Assembly: GCA_049510745.1 (NCBI GenBank)
Contig: JBEKYR010000017.1
Coordinates: forward strand, 27,873-91,872
Source: Verrucomicrobiota bacterium
Lineage (GTDB): Bacteria; Verrucomicrobiota; Verrucomicrobiia; Limisphaerales; Palsa-1400
Direction of reading: 5' to 3'
Length of the DNA stretch: 64,000 bases
Each line of letters opens with the position of its first letter. Positions within the stretch are counted from its first letter, which is position 1. Shown piece after piece: positions 39,802-49,453 of the stretch. The notes beneath the pieces are model-generated. The model made no database searches and was not told the origin of the DNA. It worked only from the letters and a program-made list of their open reading frames with translations. Both the position numbers and the translations under genes were made by a program.

Positions 39802-40208
39802 AGGCGCTCTTCGTGGACACAGCCGGTTGGGTCGCCTGTGCCGATTCCGTCGATGCGGCGCACCGGCCAGCCGCCGCCGCGCGGGATCGCTGGCTCGAAG
39901 AAGGCGGCGTGCTTGTTACCACCGATTATGTCGTCGATGAAACGTTGACACTCCTCCGGCGTCGGCTCGGTCTGGACGCGGCCGAAGCCTGGTGGCGGCA
40001 GGTGAACGGCAGTGCGCGTTTGCGCTGGGAATTTGTCAACCTTGCGCGGGCCGACCAGGCGCGAGAGTTGTTCTTTCGCTATCGCGACAAGGAATATTCC
40101 TTCACGGACTGCACGAGTTTTGTCGTCATGCGCGAATTGAAATTGCGGGAAGCATTGACCACCGACCGCCATTTTGCGCAAGCCGGGTTTACCCTTTTGC
40201 CCAGATGA
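39798..40208 (+). CDS. VapC PIN toxin
   Basis: FVDTAGW, VVDETL, SFTDCTSF, ALTTDRHF. Confidence 0.92.
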   Translation: MKALFVDTAGWVACADSVDAAHRPAAAARDRWLEEGGVLVTTDYVVDETLTLLRRRLGLDAAEAWWRQVNGSARLRWEFVNLARADQARELFFRYRDKEYSFTDCTSFVVMRELKLREALTTDRHFAQAGFTLLPR

Positions 40209-41492
40209 TCACGCTGTTGCGTCCGCCTCGCCGTAGCCGTGGACTTTGGCCGGCCAGGCGGCGGCGAAGACCGCCACCCCGATCCCGGCCACGACCAGCA
40301 ATCCTTCAAACCCCGCGTCCCAGCCGGCGCGATCCACCAGCGCGCCCAATCCCCATCCCGAAAGCACCGTGCTGGCGTAGCCAAAGATGCTGGTCAATCC
40401 GATGGCCGTCGCGGCCGCCCGCTTGGTGGCCAGGTTCGCCACCGCGATGGCGACCAGGCATTGCGGACAATAAATAAAAAAGCCGGTGGCACAGAGCAGG
40501 AGCGTGCTTTCCCATTCCGTCTGCCGCGGCACCTTCCAAAACAGGCCCAACGAAACGCCCGCCAGCGTCATCGCCACGACCGCCACCCGCATGGCGCGCC
40601 CGCCGAAGAAGCGGTCGGTCATCCAGCCCGCGAGCAACGCGCCCACGGCCCCGGCGCATTCGAAGCCCGCCATCATCCATCCCGCGTGCGTGATGCGGTA
40701 GTGTTTGGTTTCCGTCAGCAGCGTCGGCCCCCAGTCAAACACCGCGTAACGGATCGTATAGACAAAGAAGTTCGAGACGGAAATGAGCCAGACATACTTG
40801 TTGCCGAACACCCGCTTCAGGAGCAACGCCCGGAACTGGGCGCTGGTTTGTTCGCCCGACTCGCCCTGCGTCCCCTCCACCTCCGGCAACCCGACCGACG
40901 GCGGCGTATCGGGAAGCGCGCGCGAAAGATAATAAGCGCAGAGCAACGCGATGGCCGCCGGAACAAAGAAACAAAAACGCCACGACGCCGTCACCAGATA
41001 GCCGCACAGAATGACAATCAATCCCCCGCCGATGCAATGCGAGGTGTTCCAGATGGACATCTTCGAGGCCAATTCCCTGGGCGAAAACCAATGGGTCGTC
41101 AGGCGCGCGCAGGGCGGGAAACCCATCCCCTGAAAATAGCCGTTGAGCATCCAAATTACGCCGAAGGCCACCGCCGTCGAACTCATTCCGAAAAACAGAT
41201 TGAGCACCGCCGACCCGACAATGCCCGTGACCATGAGCGCGCGGGCGTTGGCGCGGTCGCCGACGAAGCCGTGGCCGAATTTCGAGACGCCATAAACCAG
41301 CCCGTGCAGCGTCAGGAACGTGCCCAGGACACTCTTGTTCAGGTGCAGCGTCTGCGCCATCACGGGCATGGCGACGCTGAGATTCTTGCGGACGAAGTAG
41401 AAGATGGCGTAGCCGATAATGGTGGAGAACAGGACGCGGGTTTGCCAATGCTTGAACCGCGCGCGGATTTCGCCGGGGTCCGTCAGCGTCAC
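40209..41492 (-). CDS. MFS organophosphate transporter (GlpT/UhpC/PgtP family)
   Basis: GYAIFYFVRKN, YGVSKF, FQGMGFPPC, WNTSHCIGG, RYAVFDWGP; true start may be upstream. Confidence 0.9.
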   Translation of the reverse strand: MTLTDPGEIRARFKHWQTRVLFSTIIGYAIFYFVRKNLSVAMPVMAQTLHLNKSVLGTFLTLHGLVYGVSKFGHGFVGDRANARALMVTGIVGSAVLNLFFGMSSTAVAFGVIWMLNGYFQGMGFPPCARLTTHWFSPRELASKMSIWNTSHCIGGGLIVILCGYLVTASWRFCFFVPAAIALLCAYYLSRALPDTPPSVGLPEVEGTQGESGEQTSAQFRALLLKRVFGNKYVWLISVSNFFVYTIRYAVFDWGPTLLTETKHYRITHAGWMMAGFECAGAVGALLAGWMTDRFFGGRAMRVAVVAMTLAGVSLGLFWKVPRQTEWESTLLLCATGFFIYCPQCLVAIAVANLATKRAAATAIGLTSIFGYASTVLSGWGLGALVDRAGWDAGFEGLLVVAGIGVAVFAAAWPAKVHGYGEADATA

Positions 41493-41702
41493 GGGACGAG
41501 GCGAATCGGGCTTGAAAATGGCAAATAAGGCGTTGCTGGTAATCGGCGCAGCTTAGAAACGCGCCCCCGTCCGGTCAAGCGCGGCGGCGGGGCTGCGATG
41601 AAGAACCGCGAACACCGGGCGGGACGCCCGGCGAACCCGCAGACGAGGACGCCTCCGCCACGCAGCTTGTGCGCCAGTGATAATCGCCCCGCTCTTGCAG
41701 GC

Positions 41703-41840
41703 CATTGAAAATTGGTCATTGAAAATCGAAAATTGGTCATTGAACAGCAGAGCGTCTGGCCCCCCGCGAAGCCCGTTGTCAATCAGGGAGCGATGAACCC
41801 CAATTACCAATGACAAATTTTCAATCTTCAATTTTCAATG
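41703..41840. repeat. Inverted pair of heptamer tandem arrays (CATTGAA/AATTGGT ... ACCAATG/TTCAATT)
   Basis: Six units at 41703-41744 and five complementary units at 41806-41840. Confidence 0.8.
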
Positions 41841-41940
41841 TTCCTCGAATCGAGAACGGCAAGTCAACAAAGCCGAGAGAGTCGGCAATTCGGTCCAGGG
41901 CAGGCTTGTAAACGGGGCCGGAGCACGGTAATGTTGAAGA

Positions 41941-42531
41941 ATGATCGGTTGGAAGCTCACGTGGATCGCGGCGCTGGCGGCAACGGCCGCCGGATGCGGC
42001 GGCCAGCCAACGGCCACGACGGCTCCGGCCAAGACTCCCTCCACCAACCAAATCACTATGCTGCAAGTACGCTTTCTGGACGACAAAGGACTGCCCGGCC
42101 CGCTGGTGGCAACGCCCAAAGTGGTCAAAACCGACGCGCAATGGCGCCAGCAGTTGACGGCCGACCAGTATCAGATCGCGCGCGGCAAAGGGACCGAGCC
42201 GGCGTTTTGCGGCGCGTTTTACGATCAACATAAGCCGGGCATTTATTATTGTGTTTGTTGCGGGCTGCCCTTGTTTACGTCGGAGGCGAAGTTTGATTCC
42301 GGCACCGGGTGGCCGAGCTTCTTCCAGCCGGTGGCGGCGGAGAACGTGGTCAGGAAGGAGGACCGCAGTTACGGAATGAACCGGGTGGAAATCCTCTGCG
42401 CGCGCTGCGACGCGCACCTGGGGCACGTGTTCGAGGACGGCCCGAAACCGACCGGGCTGCGCTATTGCCTGAATTCCGCCTCGCTCACCTTCACGGAGAA
42501 TAAAAACCTCAAGGACGCGACCCATCGCTGA
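41941..42531 (+). CDS. msrB: Peptide-methionine (R)-S-oxide reductase with lipoprotein signal
   Basis: [34 protein letters not shown]-terminal AAGC lipobox. Confidence 0.95.
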   Translation: MIGWKLTWIAALAATAAGCGGQPTATTAPAKTPSTNQITMLQVRFLDDKGLPGPLVATPKVVKTDAQWRQQLTADQYQIARGKGTEPAFCGAFYDQHKPGIYYCVCCGLPLFTSEAKFDSGTGWPSFFQPVAAENVVRKEDRSYGMNRVEILCARCDAHLGHVFEDGPKPTGLRYCLNSASLTFTENKNLKDATHR

Positions 42532-42581
42532 GAATTTTCCCGATTGCCTGCCCGGCTGGGAGAACTTAGACTGGCGGCCGC

Positions 42582-43646
42582 ATGAAACATCAGCTCGATT
42601 TTGAAAAGCCGCTTTTGGAGCTGCAACGCAAGCTGGACGACTTCAAGAAACATCCCGAAACCCACTCCCCGGGCCTGAGTTTCGAGGAGGAAGTCTCGCT
42701 CATGGAAAAGAAGATCGAGGAGACCCGACGGCAGATTTTCGCCCGTCTCAGCGCCTGGGACCGGGTCAAACTCGCGCGCCACCCCAAACGGCCCTTCGCC
42801 CTGGACTATATCAGCGCCATGTTTACCGACTTTTCCGAGCTGCATGGGGACCGGTTGTTTGCCGACGATCACGCGGTGGTGGGGGGCCTGGCCAAATTGG
42901 ACGACCAAAAGGTGATGGTCATCGGCACGCAAAAGGGCCGGGACACCAAGGAAAACATCAAGCGCAATTTCGGCTCGGCCCATCCCGAAGGCTACCGCAA
43001 AGCCCTGCGCTTGATGAAGATGGCGGACAAATTCGGCCTGCCCATTGTCTCGCTCATTGACACCGCCGGCGCGTACCCCGGCATCGGCGCCGAGGAGCGG
43101 CACGTGGCCGAAGCGATCGCGGTCAACTTGCGCGAGATGATGTTGCTGGAGGTGCCGATTATCGCCATCGTCATTGGCGAAGGCGGCTCGGGCGGCGCCC
43201 TGGGCATCGGCGTGGCCGACCGCGTTTTGATCCTGGAGAATGCCTACTATTCGGTCATCAGCCCGGAGGGTTGCGCGGCCATTCTTTGGAAAGACCGCTC
43301 CGCCGCCCCCAAAGCCGCTGAAGCTCTCCGCATCACGGCCAGGGATTTGTTTGAACTGGGATTGGTGGATGAAATCGTGGCCGAACCGCTCGGCGGCGCG
43401 CACACCGACTGGCCGGGCATGGCCCAAACCCTTAAAACGTCCCTGCAAACAACCCTGGCCGGCCTCAAGAAATGCTCCGGCGGTGATCGCCTGAAATCGC
43501 GCTACCAAAAATACCGGGCCTACGGCCAGTTCATCGAGAATAAAGCGAAAATCGCCCTCAGCGAGAGCGCCGTCCAGAACGGCGAAACGTCCCCCAACGG
43601 CGCGGGCGCTCTGCCGCCGGCCCAGCCGGCGCGCCCCTCCATGTGA
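42582..43646 (+). CDS. accA: Acetyl-CoA carboxylase carboxyltransferase alpha
   Basis: LARHPKRP, ELHGDR, PEGYRKALR, GAYPGIGAEER, GEGGSGGA, ISPEGCAAILW. Confidence 0.97.
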   Translation: MKHQLDFEKPLLELQRKLDDFKKHPETHSPGLSFEEEVSLMEKKIEETRRQIFARLSAWDRVKLARHPKRPFALDYISAMFTDFSELHGDRLFADDHAVVGGLAKLDDQKVMVIGTQKGRDTKENIKRNFGSAHPEGYRKALRLMKMADKFGLPIVSLIDTAGAYPGIGAEERHVAEAIAVNLREMMLLEVPIIAIVIGEGGSGGALGIGVADRVLILENAYYSVISPEGCAAILWKDRSAAPKAAEALRITARDLFELGLVDEIVAEPLGGAHTDWPGMAQTLKTSLQTTLAGLKKCSGGDRLKSRYQKYRAYGQFIENKAKIALSESAVQNGETSPNGAGALPPAQPARPSM

Positions 43647-44641
43647 AGCTCTATCCGCTGACCTTCCAACCCATTTTCAAGGAGCGCATCTGGGGCGGGC
43701 GCAATCTGGAAACTCTTTACGGCAAGCGCCTGCCGCCGGGCCTGCCGGTGGGCGAGTCCTGGGAAATCAGCGACCGGCCAGGCGATGAGAGCGTGATTGC
43801 GCGCGGGCCGCTGCAAGGCAAAACTCTTCATTGGCTGATGGAACAATGTCCCGTCGAATTGCTCGGCCCGCGCCAGCCGATGCCGCCCCGCTTTCCTCTC
43901 CTGATCAAGATCATCGACGCCCAGGCGACGCTCTCGTTGCAGGTTCATCCTCCCGCCTCGGTGGCCGCGTCGTTGGGCGGCGAACCGAAGACGGAGATGT
44001 GGTACGTCGCCCACGCCGGACCGGCCGCCGAACTGTTCGTCGGTTTGAAAAAGGGCGTCAGCCGCGCGGAGTTTGAACGCAAACTGGCCAGCCAGTCCGT
44101 CGCCGAGTGCATCCATCGCATCCCGGTCAAGCGCGGCGACGCCATGTTTTTGCCCAGCGGACGCGTCCACGCCCTGGGAGCGGAGACGGTGATTTTTGAG
44201 ATTCAGCAGAATTCCGACACGACCTACCGCGTCTTCGACTGGAACCGGGTGGATCGCGCCGGAAAACCGCGCCAACTCCACGTGCCGCAGTCGCTGGCCA
44301 GCATCGACTTTGGCGATTTCGAGCCGCCGCTGTTGCCGGACGCTTTTGCCCCCGCCCATCCGGGTCTGATCCGTCCGCTGGTCAAGAATAAATTATTTGA
44401 AGTCAACCTCAGACAGTTAAGCGGCGGCGATCAACTGCGCGTGGCCGACGGCCGCATGCAAATCATCGGGGTGCTGGAAGGCGCCGTGCGGATGGAGGGC
44501 GCCGGCGAATGCCTTGAGCTGGCCGCCGGCCAATTCTGCCTCATCCCCGCGCAATGCGCGCGGGGCGCGTTCAAAATGGCGGATGCGGGCGGTGCGGCGT
44601 CATTCCTGCAGATTTATTGCTGCGCGCTGGTTTTGTCGTAG
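43643..44641 (+). CDS. manA: Type I mannose-6-phosphate isomerase (cupin)
   Basis: IWGG, GESWEIS, FPLLIK, LSLQVHP, KTEMWY, VHALG, EIQQNSDTTYR. Confidence 0.9.
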   Translation: MKLYPLTFQPIFKERIWGGRNLETLYGKRLPPGLPVGESWEISDRPGDESVIARGPLQGKTLHWLMEQCPVELLGPRQPMPPRFPLLIKIIDAQATLSLQVHPPASVAASLGGEPKTEMWYVAHAGPAAELFVGLKKGVSRAEFERKLASQSVAECIHRIPVKRGDAMFLPSGRVHALGAETVIFEIQQNSDTTYRVFDWNRVDRAGKPRQLHVPQSLASIDFGDFEPPLLPDAFAPAHPGLIRPLVKNKLFEVNLRQLSGGDQLRVADGRMQIIGVLEGAVRMEGAGECLELAAGQFCLIPAQCARGAFKMADAGGAASFLQIYCCALVLS

Positions 44642-45504
44642 AGCACCTGCTCGCGCAATCCCAGCCGCCGGCCAATCCGCTTGACGACATCGGTCGGAAA
44701 GGCGCGCCAGGGCACCAGATTGAAGACCTTGCAGGTCGAACTGCTGACGGAGCCGTTGTATTCGTAGCCCGCCATCGCCCTCAACTGATCGTCAATCTTC
44801 GCGCTATCGCCCTCCGGCACGACGATCGCGATGACGCCGGGGAATTCCGAGTCGTCAATCACCATTCGCTTGAGTGTGATGCCGGCCTTGCTGGCGGCCA
44901 GTTGGACGGCGTTGCTGAGGCCGTCGGTGGTGTATCTGGCGTCGAGCCTGGACGGTGGCGGCACCGGATCGCCCAGATACTCGAAGAGGGCTTTATTGGC
45001 TCCCGCCAAGGACGAAACCGCGGAGTTGCTGGCGCCCCCCATGTCCGATGCGTTGCTGAGGTAGCTCCAGCCCTTCTTTTTGAGAACCCATTGGCCCTGC
45101 CCAAAATAAACGCCCCCAAATCCGCTGCCTCGGACAACCGGGTAAAACGTGACGTGCAGATAGCCCTCCGCGGTCATAGTCTTGACGAGATGAAACGTCC
45201 CGGTGCCGTTGGTGATCCGAACCGTTTGTTGCGGGTCGGTGGGCGTGGCAACGTTTTGCAGCGTGGTGGCGAAAAGGCACAAATTGGCCTGGTCGCGGGA
45301 AGCGAGTGTGTAAGTGCCATCGACGCAATAAGTTTGGTTGGTCGTGATCGCGGCCGAAGTGCCCCGCACCTGGGTGATGGTGATGTTGTCACCGGGCGCG
45401 AATTCCGCCTCGCCCAGTTCAAACTGGACAGGGTAGGGGAAGTCGGCGGGGGTATCGGCCATCGCGCACGTCGCGGCCAGCAGCACGGGAAGCAGATTTT
45501 TCAT
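44614..45504 (-). CDS. Exported hypothetical protein
   Basis: Signal peptide MKNLLPVLLAATCAMA; translationally coupled to the anti-sigma gene. Confidence 0.75.
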   Translation of the reverse strand: MKNLLPVLLAATCAMADTPADFPYPVQFELGEAEFAPGDNITITQVRGTSAAITTNQTYCVDGTYTLASRDQANLCLFATTLQNVATPTDPQQTVRITNGTGTFHLVKTMTAEGYLHVTFYPVVRGSGFGGVYFGQGQWVLKKKGWSYLSNASDMGGASNSAVSSLAGANKALFEYLGDPVPPPSRLDARYTTDGLSNAVQLAASKAGITLKRMVIDDSEFPGVIAIVVPEGDSAKIDDQLRAMAGYEYNGSVSSSTCKVFNLVPWRAFPTDVVKRIGRRLGLREQVLYDKTSAQQ

Positions 45505-46082
45505 AGCGGTGTTTTCCTTTCTTGCAGTTGCGGAACGGGGTTTTGGTTCAGGGACAGGCGGAGATTTTCTTCCACGACCTGCGGGGTGCAGGTCAGAACA
45601 TCAATCACCAGATTGTTTTCCCGGTGAAACACGTAGGTCGGGTCGCAGTACGACATACGAATGGAAATGGCCACCGGGGCGGCGTTGTGCTCCGGCTGCC
45701 GCGCTGTCTCTGTGTTTTGGACGTGCGCGCGGAACGGCCCGTAAAGACTCAAACCGACGGCGACAAACAGCGCGGTCGCAATCGCCGCCGGCCAGGCAAA
45801 CTGGCGCAAAAACCCAAGGAGCGGATGCTCCGCTGCCGGCGCGGTGGCGGCCTCCGCAAAAGCGGCTTCGATGCGCCGCTTCACTTCAGGGCGCAGCGCA
45901 AGGGATTCCGTTTCCCGGCGGAGGCGCGCGGGAAGCGATTGCGCAAGTTGCTGATGCCGGCGCAGAGCCTCGCGGCAGACGCCGCACTGCGCCAGGTGCC
46001 GCTCGGCGCGGGCGCGTTTGCCGGGGGAAAGCGTCCCATCGAGGAACTCGAACACTTCATCCTGGAAATCGCGGCAGTTCAT
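45501..46082 (-). CDS. Zinc-finger (ZAS) anti-sigma factor
   Basis: MNC...FLDG.L...HLAQCGVC (HxxxCxxC) followed by one TM helix. Confidence 0.88.
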   Translation of the reverse strand: MNCRDFQDEVFEFLDGTLSPGKRARAERHLAQCGVCREALRRHQQLAQSLPARLRRETESLALRPEVKRRIEAAFAEAATAPAAEHPLLGFLRQFAWPAAIATALFVAVGLSLYGPFRAHVQNTETARQPEHNAAPVAISIRMSYCDPTYVFHRENNLVIDVLTCTPQVVEENLRLSLNQNPVPQLQERKTPL

Positions 46083-46654
46083 CTATTCTCTGTCTCCTTT
46101 GTGCCGGGAACGCCAAAAAGGTTCAGTTCGCCCGGCAGAAGGTCCCGCAACTGGGCGATGGCATAGTGGAGCCTGGATTTGACCGTGCCTTTGGAGATTC
46201 CAAGGTGCGCGGCGATCTGGCAGATTTTCATATCCTCGTAGAAACGGAGGACGACGACCTCGCGGTGCGGGGCGGTCAGGCGGCCAAGGGCGTCGGTTAG
46301 CGCGGTCGAAGCGGCGTCCGTATCCAGGCGGCTCGGCCCCTCTTCGGGCGCTGGAATTTCCTCTTCGGTCAGGTTGGGGTCGCTGACCAGCCGTTTGCGG
46401 TCACGGTGGTAGTGGCGGGTGAGGTTGAGCAGGATGGCGTGGAGCCAGGTGTAGAGGGCCGCTCCGCCCCGGAACCGGTGGGCTGATTTCCAGGCTTGAA
46501 GGAAAGTTTCCTGGACGAGGTCCTGGGCTTCGGTTTCGTTGCCGCAGAGCAGGAAGGCCGAGCGCAGCAACCGCTGCCCGTAGGAATCGACCAGTTCGCG
46601 CGCGGCGGCGGGGTCCTGGCCGCGCAGCGCGGAGATGACCTGCTCTTCGTCCAT
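46079..46654 (-). CDS. ECF RNA polymerase sigma factor
   Basis: AQDLVQETF, YTWLHAI, REVVVLR, IAAHLGISKGTVKSRLHYA. Confidence 0.94.
   Translation of the reverse strand: MDEEQVISALRGQDPAAARELVDSYGQRLLRSAFLLCGNETEAQDLVQETFLQAWKSAHRFRGGAALYTWLHAILLNLTRHYHRDRKRLVSDPNLTEEEIPAPEEGPSRLDTDAASTALTDALGRLTAPHREVVVLRFYEDMKICQIAAHLGISKGTVKSRLHYAIAQLRDLLPGELNLFGVPGTKETENR
46095..46125 (-). promoter_or_regulatory. Candidate ECF promoter, internal copy ahead of the anti-sigma gene
   Basis: TGAACCTTT-N11-GGCACAAAGGA on the minus strand. Confidence 0.65.
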
Positions 46655-46657
46655 TTA

Positions 46658-46688
46658 TCCTTTGTGCCACTGCCGGGAGAAAGGTTCA
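46658..46688 (-). promoter_or_regulatory. Candidate ECF autoregulatory promoter
   Basis: TGAACCTTT-N11-GGCACAAAGGA, with both boxes and spacing identical to 46095-46125. Confidence 0.65.
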
Positions 46689-46748
46689 AGGGCCGCCCCG
46701 AAAATGAGCGTTTGACGGGCCGAAGTTAGGTGTTATGTTTCTACACGT

Positions 46749-47051
46749 ATGAGCGCTAGAAAAATTGAAAATAGTCCGCTCGGACTATCTCCCCGCCCCA
46801 CCCAATGTCTGACGCTTCCCGCCAATTCCGTCCGTATTCGGAAAAATGGCATTGAATTTCACAACGACGTCCCCCTTTCCCCCTGGACCGAGATGACGGT
46901 CACGCTGCAAGGTCCAGGCGACGCCAAGAAGGTCAATTTCACGGGCGTCATCGTCGAGTGCGCCGGCAACCGGGCGGAGGGGTACGCCATCTCGATGCTC
47001 TTCACCCACGTTTCGCGGCAGTCACAAGCGCGCTTGCTGGCCTATTCCTGA
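46749..47051 (+). CDS. Small PilZ-like beta-barrel protein
   Basis: NGIEF...MTVTL...FTGVIVEC...YAISMLF pattern; upstream of pilT. Confidence 0.55.
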   Translation: MSARKIENSPLGLSPRPTQCLTLPANSVRIRKNGIEFHNDVPLSPWTEMTVTLQGPGDAKKVNFTGVIVECAGNRAEGYAISMLFTHVSRQSQARLLAYS

Positions 47052-47089
47052 CTGGATTCCTTCCGGGCTGAGGCTGTAGAGTGCGGGCG

Positions 47090-48178
47090 ATGGAAACGTT
47101 TCGCCGCATTTTGACCGCCGCCATTGAGGGAGGGGCGTCCGATGTTCATTTGAAGATCGGCGCACCCATCGCCTTTCGCATCAACCGCAAGCTCGTCAAC
47201 GTCGAAGGGCCGATGCCCTCCGAGCAATGGATGAACCTGGTGATCGACAACATCGTGCCGCGCCACATCAAACAAGTCCTGGAGACCCGCCACGAATGCG
47301 ATTTTTCCTATTTCATGCCGGAGGTGGGCCGGTTCCGCACCAATTGTTTCTATCAGCGCGGCCAGCCGTGTCTGGCCCTGCGCTACGTCAAGACGCAGGT
47401 GCCCAGCTTCGAGGAGTTGGGGCTGCTTCCGGTCTTGCGGTCCATCGCCGAATCGCCCCGCGGCATCGTGCTGCTGGCCGGCTCGACCGGTTGCGGCAAA
47501 TCGACCACCCTGGCCGCCATGATCGAGCACATCAACGCCACCAGCCGCAAGCACATTATCACCTTGGAAGACCCCATTGAATATGTCTTTGAAGACAACC
47601 AATCGATCATCGAGCAGCGCGAGATCGGCTTGGACACTCCTTCCTTTGACGAGGGGCTGCGCCATGTCCTGCGCCAGGACCCGAACGTGATCATGATCGG
47701 GGAAATGCGCGACGCCACCAGTTTTTCGGCCGCGATGAGCGCCGCCGACACCGGGCACCTGGTGCTCTCGACCCTGCACACGACCAACGCCTCGCAATCG
47801 GTCGGGCGCATTTTGGACTTTTTCAAGCCGGACGAACGGGAGCAAATCCGCCGGCAATTGGCCGCCACCTTGCAGGCCGTTATCTGTCAGCGGATGGTTC
47901 CGACCATCGCCGGCGGCATGACCCCCGCCATGGAACTCATGATCAACTCCCCCACCGTGCGCAAACTCATCGAGGAGAACCGCCTGGAGAAACTTCCCGC
48001 CGCCATTGAAACGGGGGGCGAAGAGGGGATGCTCAATTTCAATCAGTCTCTTCTCCAACTGGTCAAGGACGCCAAAGTTTCGCAGAAGGACGCGCTGGCC
48101 AAAGCGACCAACGCCCAGGCGCTGGAAATGAATTTCCAGGGAATCTTTCTCACCGAGGGCAAGCGCATCCTTGGGTGA
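47090..48178 (+). CDS. pilT: Type IV pilus retraction ATPase PilT/PilU
   Basis: ASDVHL, GSTGCGKSTT, ITLEDPIEY, LRQDPNVIMIGEMRD, TGHLVLSTLH. Confidence 0.93.
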   Translation: METFRRILTAAIEGGASDVHLKIGAPIAFRINRKLVNVEGPMPSEQWMNLVIDNIVPRHIKQVLETRHECDFSYFMPEVGRFRTNCFYQRGQPCLALRYVKTQVPSFEELGLLPVLRSIAESPRGIVLLAGSTGCGKSTTLAAMIEHINATSRKHIITLEDPIEYVFEDNQSIIEQREIGLDTPSFDEGLRHVLRQDPNVIMIGEMRDATSFSAAMSAADTGHLVLSTLHTTNASQSVGRILDFFKPDEREQIRRQLAATLQAVICQRMVPTIAGGMTPAMELMINSPTVRKLIEENRLEKLPAAIETGGEEGMLNFNQSLLQLVKDAKVSQKDALAKATNAQALEMNFQGIFLTEGKRILG

Positions 48179-48238
48179 TTTGTCCAAAGATTTGCCTTGT
48201 CGCCGGGCGCTTTCTTTGCCACAAGTCAGGTCGAACAC

Positions 48239-49453
48239 ATGTTGAACCCTGAACTTGTCCGCATGAAACTGAGCCGCAAACTCCCCTTCGCTGCCGGCCT
48301 TGCCGCTGCGCTCTTGTCCGCCATGGTCTGGCCGCCCCAGTCGCTTTTTGGCCTGGGCGTCGCGGTGCCTGACCAGGATGCCTTCGCCACCGCCCGCGGC
48401 AACGCCTTTGTCGCCACGGCCGATGACCCGGCCGCCGTGTACTACAACCCGGCGGGCATTTCGCAACTGACCGGCATGAACCTGTCGCTGGGCGCTTATG
48501 GCATTGTCTATGGGTCCACCTACAAAAGCGGCGGCGCCGACATTGACAGCAAAACGCAGTGGGCAGCCCTGCCCCAGGTCTTCACCACCTACAGTCTTCC
48601 GCAATATCACCTCACACTCGGCTTGGGCACCTATTCCCCTTATGGCTTGAGGATGGAATGGCCGATGAACTCGCCCTTCCTCGCCGCCGGTGAGACGGGC
48701 GAGATTCATTATTACACCGTCAACCCGGTTGTGGCCTGGCAGGTCTGTCCCTCCGTCTCCATCGCCGCCGGGCCAACGCTCAATTACTCCCAGGCCGATC
48801 TGAAAGAGTACCCCGGCTTTGTCAATCACTTTCGCGGGCGCGACACGGACGTGGGCTACAACATCGGCCTGCTCTGGCGCCCGGCCGAACAGCACTCCGT
48901 CGGCGTCACCTACCGCAGCGCCACGGACATGAATTATTCCGGCCATGCCACCCTGCCCGTGCCGCCCTTCACCGCCAACATCAGCGACACGGCCAATTAT
49001 CATTTCCCCCAAACCCTCGCTTTCGGCTACTCCTTCCGCCCCAACGCAAAATGGAACTTTGAGGCCGATGCCGACTGGACCGACTGGACCACTCTCAAAG
49101 TCTTGACGATCAGCCCGCTCAATGAGACGCTGCCGTTCAACTGGGACCAGAGTTGGATGCTCGACTTCGGGGCGACTCGCTATTTGGGCGACGGCTGGCG
49201 CATCAGCGGCGGTTACATGTACAGCATGAACTCGGTCCCTTCCTCGACTTTTAATCCGCTGATTCCCGATTCGGACCGCCATCTTTTCAGCGTCGGCGTC
49301 GGAAAAAAGTACAAGCATTTCAGTTGGGACGCGGCGTATCAACTGTCGTGGGGCCCGTCGCGCTCGGTCAGCGGCGACGCCTTCCCACCAGCCAACGGCA
49401 GCTATGAGTTCCTCAGCCATGCAATCAGCCTCAACTTCGGCTACCACTTCTAG
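48239..49453 (+). CDS. FadL/OmpP1 outer-membrane transport protein
   Basis: ARGNAFVATADDPAAVYYNPAG, SPYGL, C-terminal YHF. Confidence 0.9.
   Translation: MLNPELVRMKLSRKLPFAAGLAAALLSAMVWPPQSLFGLGVAVPDQDAFATARGNAFVATADDPAAVYYNPAGISQLTGMNLSLGAYGIVYGSTYKSGGADIDSKTQWAALPQVFTTYSLPQYHLTLGLGTYSPYGLRMEWPMNSPFLAAGETGEIHYYTVNPVVAWQVCPSVSIAAGPTLNYSQADLKEYPGFVNHFRGRDTDVGYNIGLLWRPAEQHSVGVTYRSATDMNYSGHATLPVPPFTANISDTANYHFPQTLAFGYSFRPNAKWNFEADADWTDWTTLKVLTISPLNETLPFNWDQSWMLDFGATRYLGDGWRISGGYMYSMNSVPSSTFNPLIPDSDRHLFSVGVGKKYKHFSWDAAYQLSWGPSRSVSGDAFPPANGSYEFLSHAISLNFGYHF

Noticed and set aside
41835..42525. Minus-strand ORFs over msrB and ORFs built from heptamer repeats (41489-41831, 57733-58106)
   Set aside because: Antisense to msrB, or low-complexity translations of DNA repeats
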